This document shows positions 23,906 to 32,000 of a stretch of DNA of 32,000 nt, piece by piece. Source of the DNA: Thermodesulfobacteriota bacterium (GTDB lineage: Bacteria > Desulfobacterota > WTBG01 > JAGOGO01). The stretch's first letter is position 1. Every line of letters starts with the position of its first letter. The notes under the pieces were generated by a model, which worked only from the letters and a program-made list of their open reading frames with translations, made no database searches and was not told where the DNA came from. Location of the stretch: positions 2,025,622 through 2,057,621 of the forward strand of contig CP113000.1 of the NCBI GenBank assembly GCA_026625185.1, read 5' to 3'. The translations under genes and the position numbers were made by a program.

Positions 23906-24497
23906 GGGCGAGATTTGGTCTTTTTGTGTTCATGATTAAATAGTCGCGATGCTTTTGGAAACTGGTACCCAACGTTGAAATCAACGACGGCTGTAAGCCA
24001 TCTGCTTATTTGTTTGTTATGCCATTATTGGTGCGCTACCGGACGGAGTTCGTAAATTCGCCCATATTTCCCCGCCGACTCCAAATCCCCCTGTCGCAGA
24101 GCACTTCCCGTGCGCTCAGTCCATCCTCGGCTAACTCGTCATATCAGCGCTCAGATATCCTAACATCTCCGGTGCGTATCAGAGAACACCCTTTCTCGAC
24201 AAACTCACTCAAGCCTCATTCTCCATTTTGCTCAGCAGGTTTTTCATGGCATAAAAATGATTGATCCCTATAAGACCCAAATGCGTTATCCAATCCCTAT
24301 AAGAAACCTAAAAACACTTTAAAATTTATCCGTAATGCTTTATAATTATAATCTATTTAAAATATACTCATTTTTGCCGAGGTATTATGCGGATCGGGAT
24401 AACCTCACCTTATCATAATTTTTAGATCGTATCAATTGGCCAAAAAATTCCACCCGGACCACGATTAAGGACATGGGTTTAAATCATTGTCGTATTC

Positions 24498-24665
24498 AAA
24501 ACAAAAAAGACCGCTCACCTTTATTTTCGGTGATTCGGCCGTTTTTTTATTAATCTTAAAAACCCATCCAATTAAAGCTACTCTTTTCATTTATCCCAAT
24601 TATCTTTATGTGTGTTTGATATTATTTTTTTAATTCTAACCGGATGAGAAGTCAATAAAAAAACT
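24498..24665 (-). repeat. copy B of the ~165-bp repeat module (sRNA candidate)
   Basis: Minus strand: TTGACT (24655..24650), 17 nt, TAAAAA (24632..24627), about 120 nt, the hairpin GGCCG-A-UCACC / GGUGA-G-CGGUC, then U6GU4 (24509..24498). The hairpin pairs better than in copy A because of paired substitutions. Confidence 0.75.
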
Positions 24666-24743
24666 AAAAAATTATGTAGTTATATTAAATCGATAAAATT
24701 ATATTGATAAATAATCCTCTCATCGAGTTTGCTTAAAGATTGG

Positions 24744-24772
24744 TTGAGAATTTGGCTGTGGTTTGGTATAAT
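24744..24772 (+). promoter_or_regulatory. sigma70-type promoter upstream of hypF
   Basis: TTGAGA (24744..24749), a 17-nt spacer, then TATAAT (24767..24772). The predicted transcript would begin just before repeat 24787..24936. Confidence 0.5.
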
Positions 24773-24786
24773 ATTTGCTGAAATTA

Positions 24787-24936
24787 ACGGCTTCGTAAAA
24801 AGTCCATATGCGGCGTTGCGCTGCATCCTCAGTCATTGCGGCGTAGAAGTAAAGTACGCCTCATTCTGTCGGATTTGCGTGCCTTGCATCTGAAGCTTTT
24901 TACTGTGCCGTCTGATTTTTGACCTTTTACGGCTTC
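24787..24936 (+). repeat. copy 2 (compact form) of the ~150-nt repeat family, in the hypF leader
   Basis: It aligns with 14334..14600 minus the two insertions. The element starts with ACGGCTTCGT and ends with TACGGCTTC. Confidence 0.75.
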
Positions 24937-25013
24937 AACAAAGTTGTTGTTATTTTGTTTCCTTGTAAAAAATCGCAGAACATCATTAAAAATAGATTTG
25001 GAATGTTACGATT

Positions 25014-27335
25014 ATGACTTTGATAAAGGATGCTTCACTCCCCATTGAACCAATAAAGCGGGCAAAGATTAGTGTGCGGGGAATTGTTCAGGGGGTGGGG
25101 TTTCGACCTTTTGTTTACCAGCTCGCCTCTAAACACGGTCTGAAAGGATGGGTGTGTAATACTTCTGGTGATGTAAAAATTGAAGTGGAAGGTTCGACTG
25201 ATTCTCTTCAATTATTTTTGGAGCAGCTTAAAACCAAGGCGCCGCCGCTCGCTCTGATTGAAGAAGTAAATCAACTTTATTTACCGCCCGATGGTTATCA
25301 GCGTTTTGAAATCCGAGAGAGCAATCCGGAAAAAGGTAAATACCAGCGCATTTCGCCGGATATCGCCACGTGCCCCTTGTGCCTGCAAGAAATACTAGAC
25401 AAAAACGACCGGAGGTATAGCTATCCCTTTACCAACTGTACCAACTGTGGTCCCCGGTTTACTATTATCCAAGATATTCCTTATGATCGACCGGAGACTA
25501 CGATGCGAACATTTAAAATGTGCCCGGAATGTCAAAAGGAGTATGACAATCCTGTTGACCGGCGCTTTCACGCGCAACCCAATTGCTGTCCCACCTGCGG
25601 TCCGAAACTTGCAATCATTGATCAGGCCGGAAAGATGATTGCTTCTCAGGATCCGGTTCGTGATGTTTGCGTTTTACTGAAGCAGGGGAAGGTGCTTGCT
25701 TTAAAGGGGTTGGGCGGTTTTTTGCTGGCGTGTGACGCCACGAACGAACCGGCGGTAATCACTTTAAGACAAAGGAAAAAAAGACCCTTTAAACCTTTTG
25801 GGGTCATGATGGCTTCGCTTGAGGAGGTAAAGAAGTGTTGTTTGGTATCACCGGAGGAGGAGAAGCTTCTTTGCTCCACGAAAGCGCCCATCGTTTTGTT
25901 AAAACTTAAAAATAAAAGCGTGATCGCATCGTCAGTAGCTCCAAACCTAAACTACTTAGGCGTGATGCTACCGTACACGCCCCTTCATCATTTAGTGATG
26001 CACGGGGTTTCATTGCCCCTGGTGATGACGAGCGGCAATCTTAGCGAGGAACCGATCGCCAAGGATAATGAGGAAGCGTTAAGGAGGCTGTCAGGAATTG
26101 CCGATTATTTTATTGTGCATAACCGGGATATTCATGTCCAGTTTGATGATAGTGTGACGATGGTCGAAAATAATAAACTCCAGGTCTTACGGCGAGCGCG
26201 AAGCTATGCTCCGGATCCGATCCGACTCCCTTTTCATGCTCAAGAAGTCTTAGCGTGCGGAGCGGAACTTAAAAATACTTTCTGTATCACCAAGGACGAG
26301 TACGCTTTTATAAGCCAGCACATCGGCGACCTGGATAACCTTGAAACCTTTGGTCAATTTGAAATGGTGTTGGATCATTATAAAAAGCTTTTTCGATTAA
26401 ACCCCCGGATCATCGTCTGTGATCAACACCCCGATTATCTTTCCAGCCGGTATGCGCAAAAGCTTAAAACCGCGAATGATGATCTCAACCTAATTTCCGT
26501 CCAGCATCATCATGCTCACATTGTAAGCTGTGTTACTGAAAATAAAGTCGCGCCGCCGGTTTTAGGCGTTGCGTTTGATGGCACCGGGTACGGCGAAGAT
26601 GGATGCATCTGGGGAGGAGAGTTCCTTGTGGTTGATTATGGCAAATTTCAACGGCTCGGACACCTGGAATATATACCAATGCCGGGAGGGGAGAAGGCGA
26701 TTAAAAAACCTTTTCGTATGGCCATAAGTTATCTTGCACAGCTCTCAGGCACACAAACCTTAAACCGACGGCTCGCATTTCTTAAAACCGTGGAGGAGAG
26801 GGAGTTGGAACTTATCAAAAAACAAATCGAAAAAGGAATCAACACCCCTTTAACCTCAAGTTGCGGTCGTTTGTTCGACGGCGTATCAGCTTTATTAAAT
26901 ATCCGGAATGAGGTTGACTATGAAGGTCAAGCTGCGATAGAATTGGAAATGATTGCCGGTGAGGGGAAAGATACGGGGAAGAGATATCCTTTTGAAATTG
27001 GCGAAGAGAACGGAATAAAAATTGTGCGGCTTCAGAAACTTTTTGCGGCAATTCTTGAAGACGTTGATCATGGCGTTACTAAAACCGAGATATCGTCTTG
27101 CTTCCATCATTCAGTCGCCCACATGGTTGGCCGCATGTGCCAAAACCTTGCTCGAGATACAGGTATAAAAAAAATAGCGTTAAGTGGAGGGGTATTTCAA
27201 AACCGACTACTTCTCAGGCTGACCTCTTTTTATCTTAAAAAAGCAGGGTTAAAAGTCATTATCCACCGGGAAGTCCCCACCAATGACGGGGGAATTTCCT
27301 TGGGCCAAGCAGTGATTGGTAATTTTATTGCTTAA
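25014..27335 (+). CDS. hypF: [NiFe]-hydrogenase maturation carbamoyltransferase HypF
   Basis: 773 aa with an acylphosphatase domain (VRGIVQGVGFRPFVYQLA), two zinc-finger pairs (CPLC..CTNCGPRF, CPEC..CCPTCGP), a YrdC-like domain and a Kae1-like C-terminal domain. Confidence 0.96.
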   Translation: MTLIKDASLPIEPIKRAKISVRGIVQGVGFRPFVYQLASKHGLKGWVCNTSGDVKIEVEGSTDSLQLFLEQLKTKAPPLALIEEVNQLYLPPDGYQRFEIRESNPEKGKYQRISPDIATCPLCLQEILDKNDRRYSYPFTNCTNCGPRFTIIQDIPYDRPETTMRTFKMCPECQKEYDNPVDRRFHAQPNCCPTCGPKLAIIDQAGKMIASQDPVRDVCVLLKQGKVLALKGLGGFLLACDATNEPAVITLRQRKKRPFKPFGVMMASLEEVKKCCLVSPEEEKLLCSTKAPIVLLKLKNKSVIASSVAPNLNYLGVMLPYTPLHHLVMHGVSLPLVMTSGNLSEEPIAKDNEEALRRLSGIADYFIVHNRDIHVQFDDSVTMVENNKLQVLRRARSYAPDPIRLPFHAQEVLACGAELKNTFCITKDEYAFISQHIGDLDNLETFGQFEMVLDHYKKLFRLNPRIIVCDQHPDYLSSRYAQKLKTANDDLNLISVQHHHAHIVSCVTENKVAPPVLGVAFDGTGYGEDGCIWGGEFLVVDYGKFQRLGHLEYIPMPGGEKAIKKPFRMAISYLAQLSGTQTLNRRLAFLKTVEERELELIKKQIEKGINTPLTSSCGRLFDGVSALLNIRNEVDYEGQAAIELEMIAGEGKDTGKRYPFEIGEENGIKIVRLQKLFAAILEDVDHGVTKTEISSCFHHSVAHMVGRMCQNLARDTGIKKIALSGGVFQNRLLLRLTSFYLKKAGLKVIIHREVPTNDGGISLGQAVIGNFIA

Positions 27336-27355
27336 CAAAAGAAGGATTTCAGGTC

Positions 27356-27568
27356 ATGTGTCTTGCAGTTCCATCCCAGGTTAAGTCAATTGAGGGACCG
27401 TACGCTGAGGTAGAAATTGGCGGCGTCTCCCGGAATGTGAGCATTATTCTCACTCCGGATGTTAAGGTTGGGGACTATATTTTGGTACATACCGGATATG
27501 CCATTGGAGTGGTAGATGAGGACGAAGCTCAAGCAACGATAAAGCTGTTTAATGAATTAAGCGGATAA
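27356..27568 (+). CDS. hypC: hydrogenase maturation chaperone HypC
   Basis: 70 aa starting MCLAVPSQV (the essential N-terminal Cys2). Size and position before hypD fit HypC. Confidence 0.93.
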   Translation: MCLAVPSQVKSIEGPYAEVEIGGVSRNVSIILTPDVKVGDYILVHTGYAIGVVDEDEAQATIKLFNELSG

Positions 27569-28668
27569 TGATAAAATTTCTTGATGAGTACCGCGATCCG
27601 GAATTGGCTCAGCGTTTAGTTGAGAAAATCCGTAACCGTGCTATCCGGAGTTTGAGGCTTATGGAGTTTTGCGGCGGCCATACCGTAGCGATCATGAAAT
27701 ATGGTCTTCGCCGGCTTCTTTTTCCCCCGGTGGAATTGCTTTCGGGGCCAGGCTGTCCGGTCTGTGTTACGGCCAATGTCGACATTGATAAAGCAATCGC
27801 TTTAGCCCAAAAACCGGAAATAATTTTAACTACCTTTGGCGATATGCTCAAAGTGCCGGGCAGTTATTCCAGCCTCCAAAAAACAAGGGCTGAGGGCGGT
27901 GATATAAGGATTGTTTACTCGGCGCAAGATGCTTTAGAGATCGCCCAAGGAAATCCGGACAAAAAAGTTGTCTTTTTGGGTATTGGTTTTGAGACCACTG
28001 CCCCTACCATTGCTGCCTCGATTCTTGAGGCTAAAAGCCGGGAGATCAAAAACTATTATGTCCTGTCCCTGCATAAACTCTGCCCCCCGGTGATCAAAGC
28101 GCTTCTTGATTCAGGAGAAACTAGACTCGACGGTATCATCCTGCCCGGGCATGTAAGCGCTATTATCGGCTCCTATCCTTATGAATTTATCCCCTGCGAT
28201 TATGGTATTGGCGGTGTTGTTGCCGGGTTTGAGCCTTTGGACCTTCTGCTGGCAGTGGAAATGCTTATCGCTCAGATCGAAAACCAAAAACCCACGATCG
28301 AGATCGCTTACCGGAGAGGAGTTAAAACCGAGGGAAATAAAAGGGCACGGGAGATAATGGAAATGGTATTTGATATTACCGAGGCTAACTGGCGGGGACT
28401 TGGCCGGGTGCAGGCAAGCGGTCTCACGCTTAAGCGGGAATATCAAGACTTTGATGCTGAAGCTTCTTTTGTTCTGGAAGCAGCTCCGGCAAAAGAACCC
28501 GAAGGATGCGTGTGCGGAGAAATTCTACGGGGCATTAAAACGCCGCTCAATTGTAAACTTTTCGGCAAACAGTGCACTCCTGAACAGCCGGTTGGACCCT
28601 GCATGGTTTCTTCGGAAGGTTCTTGCGCGGCTTATTATTTATATGGCGGGTCAAACAATGGAAGATAG
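27568..28668 (+). CDS. hypD: hydrogenase maturation protein HypD
   Basis: 366 aa with GPGCPVCVT, GFETTAP, PGHVSAI and the C-terminal Cys cluster (CVCG...C..C...PVGPCMVSSEGSCAAYY). Confidence 0.96.
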   Translation: MIKFLDEYRDPELAQRLVEKIRNRAIRSLRLMEFCGGHTVAIMKYGLRRLLFPPVELLSGPGCPVCVTANVDIDKAIALAQKPEIILTTFGDMLKVPGSYSSLQKTRAEGGDIRIVYSAQDALEIAQGNPDKKVVFLGIGFETTAPTIAASILEAKSREIKNYYVLSLHKLCPPVIKALLDSGETRLDGIILPGHVSAIIGSYPYEFIPCDYGIGGVVAGFEPLDLLLAVEMLIAQIENQKPTIEIAYRRGVKTEGNKRAREIMEMVFDITEANWRGLGRVQASGLTLKREYQDFDAEASFVLEAAPAKEPEGCVCGEILRGIKTPLNCKLFGKQCTPEQPVGPCMVSSEGSCAAYYLYGGSNNGR

Positions 28669-29662
28669 AATAATCCTTGCACATGGAAGTGGCGGAAAAC
28701 TGAGCCATGACTTAATAAAAGATTTATTGCTTCGGGAATTAGGAAATCCTTGCCTGAACCTTTTAGATGATGCCGCCACTTTAACACTCAATGGCCGCCT
28801 CGCCTTTACTACTGATAGCTATGTGGTTAGTCCGCTTTTTTTCCCGGGAGGAGATATTGGGAAACTGGCAGTCTGTGGAACGGTCAATGACCTCTCGATG
28901 GTGGGGGCTATTCCTAAGTATGTGAGCCTTTCGCTGATAATCGAGGAAGGATTTTTATTAAAGGAGCTGAAAAAAATAATTTCCTCCATTCATACTACCG
29001 CGCAAAAAGCAGGAGTGGAAGTGGTTACCGGCGATACAAAAGTGGTTAATCGCGGATCAGCCGATAAGCTTTTTATCAATACCGCGGGTATCGGGATTAT
29101 TCCTGATGGGGTGGAACTCTCCGGATCAAATGCCAAGATTGGCGATAAAATAATCCTGAGCGGTCCCCTTGGCGATCATGGGATTGCAATTCTTTGTCAA
29201 CGGGAGGGCCTTAAGTTTAAAACGTCCCTTGAAAGTGATTGTGCTCCCTTAAACACGCTGGTCGCTGATATGTTAGAAGCATCAAAAGAGATTCACGTTC
29301 TTCGTGATCCAACCCGGGGTGGTCTGGCAAGCACGCTTAATGAGTTTGCCGAAAGTTCTAAGGTAGGAATAAAAATCGCGGAAGATAAAATACCCGTTAG
29401 GGACGCCGTGCGGGCAGCTTGCGAACTTTTAGGATTTGATCCGCTTTACGTAGCCAATGAAGGGAAATTGGTGGCAGTGGTTTGTTCTCAAGCTGCAGAA
29501 AAAGTTTTGTCTAAGATGCAAAAAAACGAACAGGCAACTCAAGCAGCAATAATTGGTGAAATTGTGGCTGACCACCCTGGAAAAGTGGTCATGAAGACCC
29601 AGTTTGGCTCCTCGCGGATTATTAGTATGTTGGCAGGAGAGTTGTTGCCCCGAATTTGCTGA
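28658..29662 (+). CDS. hypE: hydrogenase maturation protein HypE
   Basis: From the ATG at 28658 the product is MEDRIILAHGSGGKLSHDLI... and ends with the conserved C-terminal PRIC. The tracked ORF start at 28370 is an out-of-frame overlap with hypD. Confidence 0.94.
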   Translation: MEDRIILAHGSGGKLSHDLIKDLLLRELGNPCLNLLDDAATLTLNGRLAFTTDSYVVSPLFFPGGDIGKLAVCGTVNDLSMVGAIPKYVSLSLIIEEGFLLKELKKIISSIHTTAQKAGVEVVTGDTKVVNRGSADKLFINTAGIGIIPDGVELSGSNAKIGDKIILSGPLGDHGIAILCQREGLKFKTSLESDCAPLNTLVADMLEASKEIHVLRDPTRGGLASTLNEFAESSKVGIKIAEDKIPVRDAVRAACELLGFDPLYVANEGKLVAVVCSQAAEKVLSKMQKNEQATQAAIIGEIVADHPGKVVMKTQFGSSRIISMLAGELLPRIC

Positions 29663-30461
29663 AACAGTTTAAGAAAATTTACCTGATAGAATTTTTACAG
29701 GTTGTCAAAAAAAGTTATAATTCTTCTTTTCCCCGATCTTATTATTCCCGTCCATAGAACTTTCTCGCCTGATTTACTCCTTTTTTGTAAGGAACCTAGT
29801 TGACATTTTACTTTTGAAAATTTGTTTAATAATTATCTCGTTATAAAGTAAAAAAATTAGAAAATGGAATTATGACCCGGTCTCGGGAAAAATGAAAATG
29901 AAGGAGAAAAAATAGGGAGAATTTTACTGTTAGGTATAAATTATGCTTGTTGGAAAATGCTTGTTGGGGAAAAGAACAAAGCTGACACTGGATTTGGGTA
30001 AATAATTAATCCGGAGTTGGCACATAGTCAAAGCGTAAAACGATGATTTTGTTTTCTGCCCGTGGTAAGGATGTCGGCTTCATGAAAAATCCCTCAGTAC
30101 TGTCATTTTGGGCAACTTGACGATTTTTTTTATAAAACTTGTAAAAAGGATAAGGTTTCTTCCCGCAGCCGAAAAACCAGGGTCAGCAAAATCGGACTTT
30201 TTGCGAAGCTGTCGAGGGTAATTAATTTGGGAAAAATATGGGGCAGGGGTAGAGATTTCTTTGAATGCGGTAAAATTTATGATAACCTCGCCTACCAAGT
30301 TAAGTATTGCAGTTGAATAGAGCCATTAAGAGACAAAGTATAAAGAAGTCACTTTCGATAACCACCGATAAACCGAGAGAAAATTCGATTTATTAAGTGA
30401 TACTAATTTTTTTATATTTTTATAGTTCACTCTGATTCCAGGTAAAAAAAGGAGTTTAATT

Positions 30462-32000
30462 GTGCAAGAAATTAAGTTCACCATCAATGGAAAAGATGTG
30501 ACAGGGGGAAAGGGCCAAACTATTCTTGAGATTGCTTTGAAAAATGGATTTGATATCCCATACTTATGTTATCATCCCAAGATCAGCAAAACCGGTGCTT
30601 GTCGTATGTGTATTGTTCGGGTTAATGAGGTAATGTTAAAAACAGCCTGCACAGAGCCGGCAATGGAGGGGATGAAAGTAATTACTGAGGATGAAGAGAT
30701 AATAAAAATAAGAAAGGGGATTTTAGAACTCCTTCTTGCCGAAGGCGACCATAATTGCCTTTATTGTGATGCCAATGGTGCATGTGAATTACAGACCCTT
30801 GTACACCGATATAATATTGATCAGGTAGCTTACGAATATCCTAAACGAAACCGCGAGATTGATTATGAATCGAGTGAGGGTCTGAAGAGAAATGAAAACA
30901 GATGCATCCTCTGTGGAAGATGTGTGAAGGCATGTGGGGAGATCCAGTTATCAAATGTGTGGAGTTTTACTGATAGAGGAGGTCATACTCACCTTACCTC
31001 AGGTTTATATGAAAAGATCGGGGATTCGAGTTGTGTTAAATGCGGCGCATGTGTTCAGTTGTGTCCCACTGGTTCCCTTTCATTCCAGACGGTCCTTGGG
31101 AGAGGTGAAAATTGGGAACTCACAAAGGAATCAAGCATCTGTATTTACTGCGGGGTTGGATGTAAGATTGACTACTATAAAAACAAGGAGGGTCTACTTG
31201 TAAAGACTATTGGTCATGATGATGGACCCAACCGGGGACATCTCTGCGTTAAGGGAAGATTTGGATTTGATTTTATTCAGAACGGAAAGAGATTATCAAA
31301 ACCCCTTATCAAGCGAAACGGTGTATTCGAGGAGGCAAGCTGGGATGAAGCCCTCGATCTTGTTGCCAGTAAGTTTATTGAGATAAAAGACAAGTATGGT
31401 CCTGATTCTATTGCTGCACTATCTTCAGCGAAATGCACAAATGAAGAGAATTATTTGATGCAAAAAATTATGCGGGCAGTAATCGGGACGAATAATGTAG
31501 ATCACTGCGCTCGTCTCTGACACAGCTCAACCGTCGCCGGTCTGGCGGCTGTATTTGGTTCCGGAGCAATGACTAACTCTATCCGTGAGGTGCCTCTTTC
31601 AGAAGGTTTTCTGGTAATAGGTTCCAACACCACAGAAAACCACCCGGTCATCGGTTCGATGATAATGAAAGAAGTGATTAATCAGGGCAAGAAGCTGATA
31701 GTAGTCGACCCCCGTGAGATTGAGCTTTCCCGATATGCCGATTATTATTTTCAAATCAAGCCAGGTACAAATATCGCGATCCTCAACGGTTTTATGCATG
31801 TGCTGATTAAGGAAGGAATTTTCAATAAAGAATACGTCGAGAAGCGGTGCGAAGGCTTTGAGGCGATGGCGAAAATCCTTGAGAAATATAACCCTGAATT
31901 TGTCGCAGAGATTTGCGGAATTGATAATCCGGAAGATATTGTTAAAGCAGCGCGTCTCATGGCGCAGCTAAAACCTATGGCTCTCTATTATGCAATGGGG
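30462..32000 (+). CDS. fdhA: selenocysteine-containing formate dehydrogenase alpha subunit, 3'-partial
   Basis: GTG start after AAGGAG. N-terminal 2Fe-2S and 4Fe-4S Cys clusters are followed by the molybdopterin domain. The frame reads ..NNVDHCARL-TGA(31518..31520)-HSSTVAGLAAVFGSGAMTNSIREV..GSNTTENHPV.. and stays open to base 32000, which is the conserved Sec/Cys active-site context of FDH. Confidence 0.92.
31521..31560 (+). other. bacterial SECIS hairpin
   Basis: CCGUCGCC-GGUCU-GGCGGCUG starts 10 nt after the UGA. The apical GGUC-containing loop matches the E. coli fdhF SECIS loop motif. Confidence 0.7.

Noticed and set aside
24029-24100. tRNA- or tmRNA-like 3' end on the minus strand (..GGTAGCGCACCA)
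   Set aside because: Only the ACCA-like tail is present. The preceding sequence cannot form a 5-bp T-stem with a TTCGAAT-type loop, and there is no matching 5' acceptor strand.
24031-24270. ORF-less group II intron (three GTGCG motifs, the 5' intron consensus)
   Set aside because: I found no domain V (a 34-nt AGC...GNRA...hairpin), no reverse-transcriptase ORF and no recognisable exon-binding arrangement.
28370-28657. N-terminal 96 aa of tracked ORF 28370..29662
   Set aside because: It lies out of frame inside hypD and has no HypE similarity. HypE starts at MEDRIILAHGSGG (28658).
30017-30034. Sigma54 promoter (TTGGCACATAGTCAAAGC) upstream of fdhA
   Set aside because: TGGCAC is present, but the -12 element is missing. 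The next GC is two positions too far away, and no TTGC follows at the required 5-nt spacing.
1-32000. CRISPR arrays, rRNA/tRNA genes, transposases, integrases, reverse transcriptases
   Set aside because: I scanned by eye for regularly spaced direct repeats, for T-arm/anticodon-arm patterns and for the relevant protein motifs in the ORF track, and found none.

Overview
This is a 32-kb chromosomal window that looks like it comes from an uncultivated, diderm, anaerobic bacterium. It is AT-leaning by eye and carries a selenocysteine formate dehydrogenase, Hyp hydrogenase-maturation genes, a porin and a lipoprotein gene.

Core content:
- the tail of a probable radical-SAM gene
- a minus-strand map-def-recO-glyQ cluster
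- mutS-mutL, overlapping by 13 nt
- a Pho block of phoB-phoR, a disrupted porin gene, pstS and pstC-pstA-pstB-phoU. It is interrupted between pstS and pstC by a zinc-ribbon gene and the decayed C-terminal relic of a P-type ATPase.
- a ykgJ-like Cys-cluster gene
- hypF-hypC-hypD-hypE
- the first 1.5 kb of a formate dehydrogenase alpha subunit, whose in-frame UGA(Sec) plus SECIS hairpin splits the ORF track

Accessory content is a ~4-kb island (9641..13640) between mutL and phoB, with every gene on the minus strand. It holds parE/phd, an orphan RHH antitoxin, and higA with only the last ~17 codons of higB.

The most interesting item is also in this island. It is a two-gene cassette (11123..12535) encoding a TIR-like protein (COG4271 / Cap12-PycTIR class) with an N-terminal domain I cannot place, followed by a small HExxH metallopeptidase-like protein. 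No cyclase, SIR2/Macro, STING or SAVED partner lies nearby. I read it as a candidate undescribed defence or abortive-infection module.

Intergenic DNA is unusually rich in repeat families:
- identical 28-nt perfect palindromes between convergent genes
- a GC-rich motif just downstream of two cassette stop codons
- a duplicated ~165-bp module with promoter-like and terminator-like ends
- a ~150-nt repeat inside transcribed leaders
- stacked nested palindromes

No rRNA, tRNA, CRISPR array, transposase or integrase was found.
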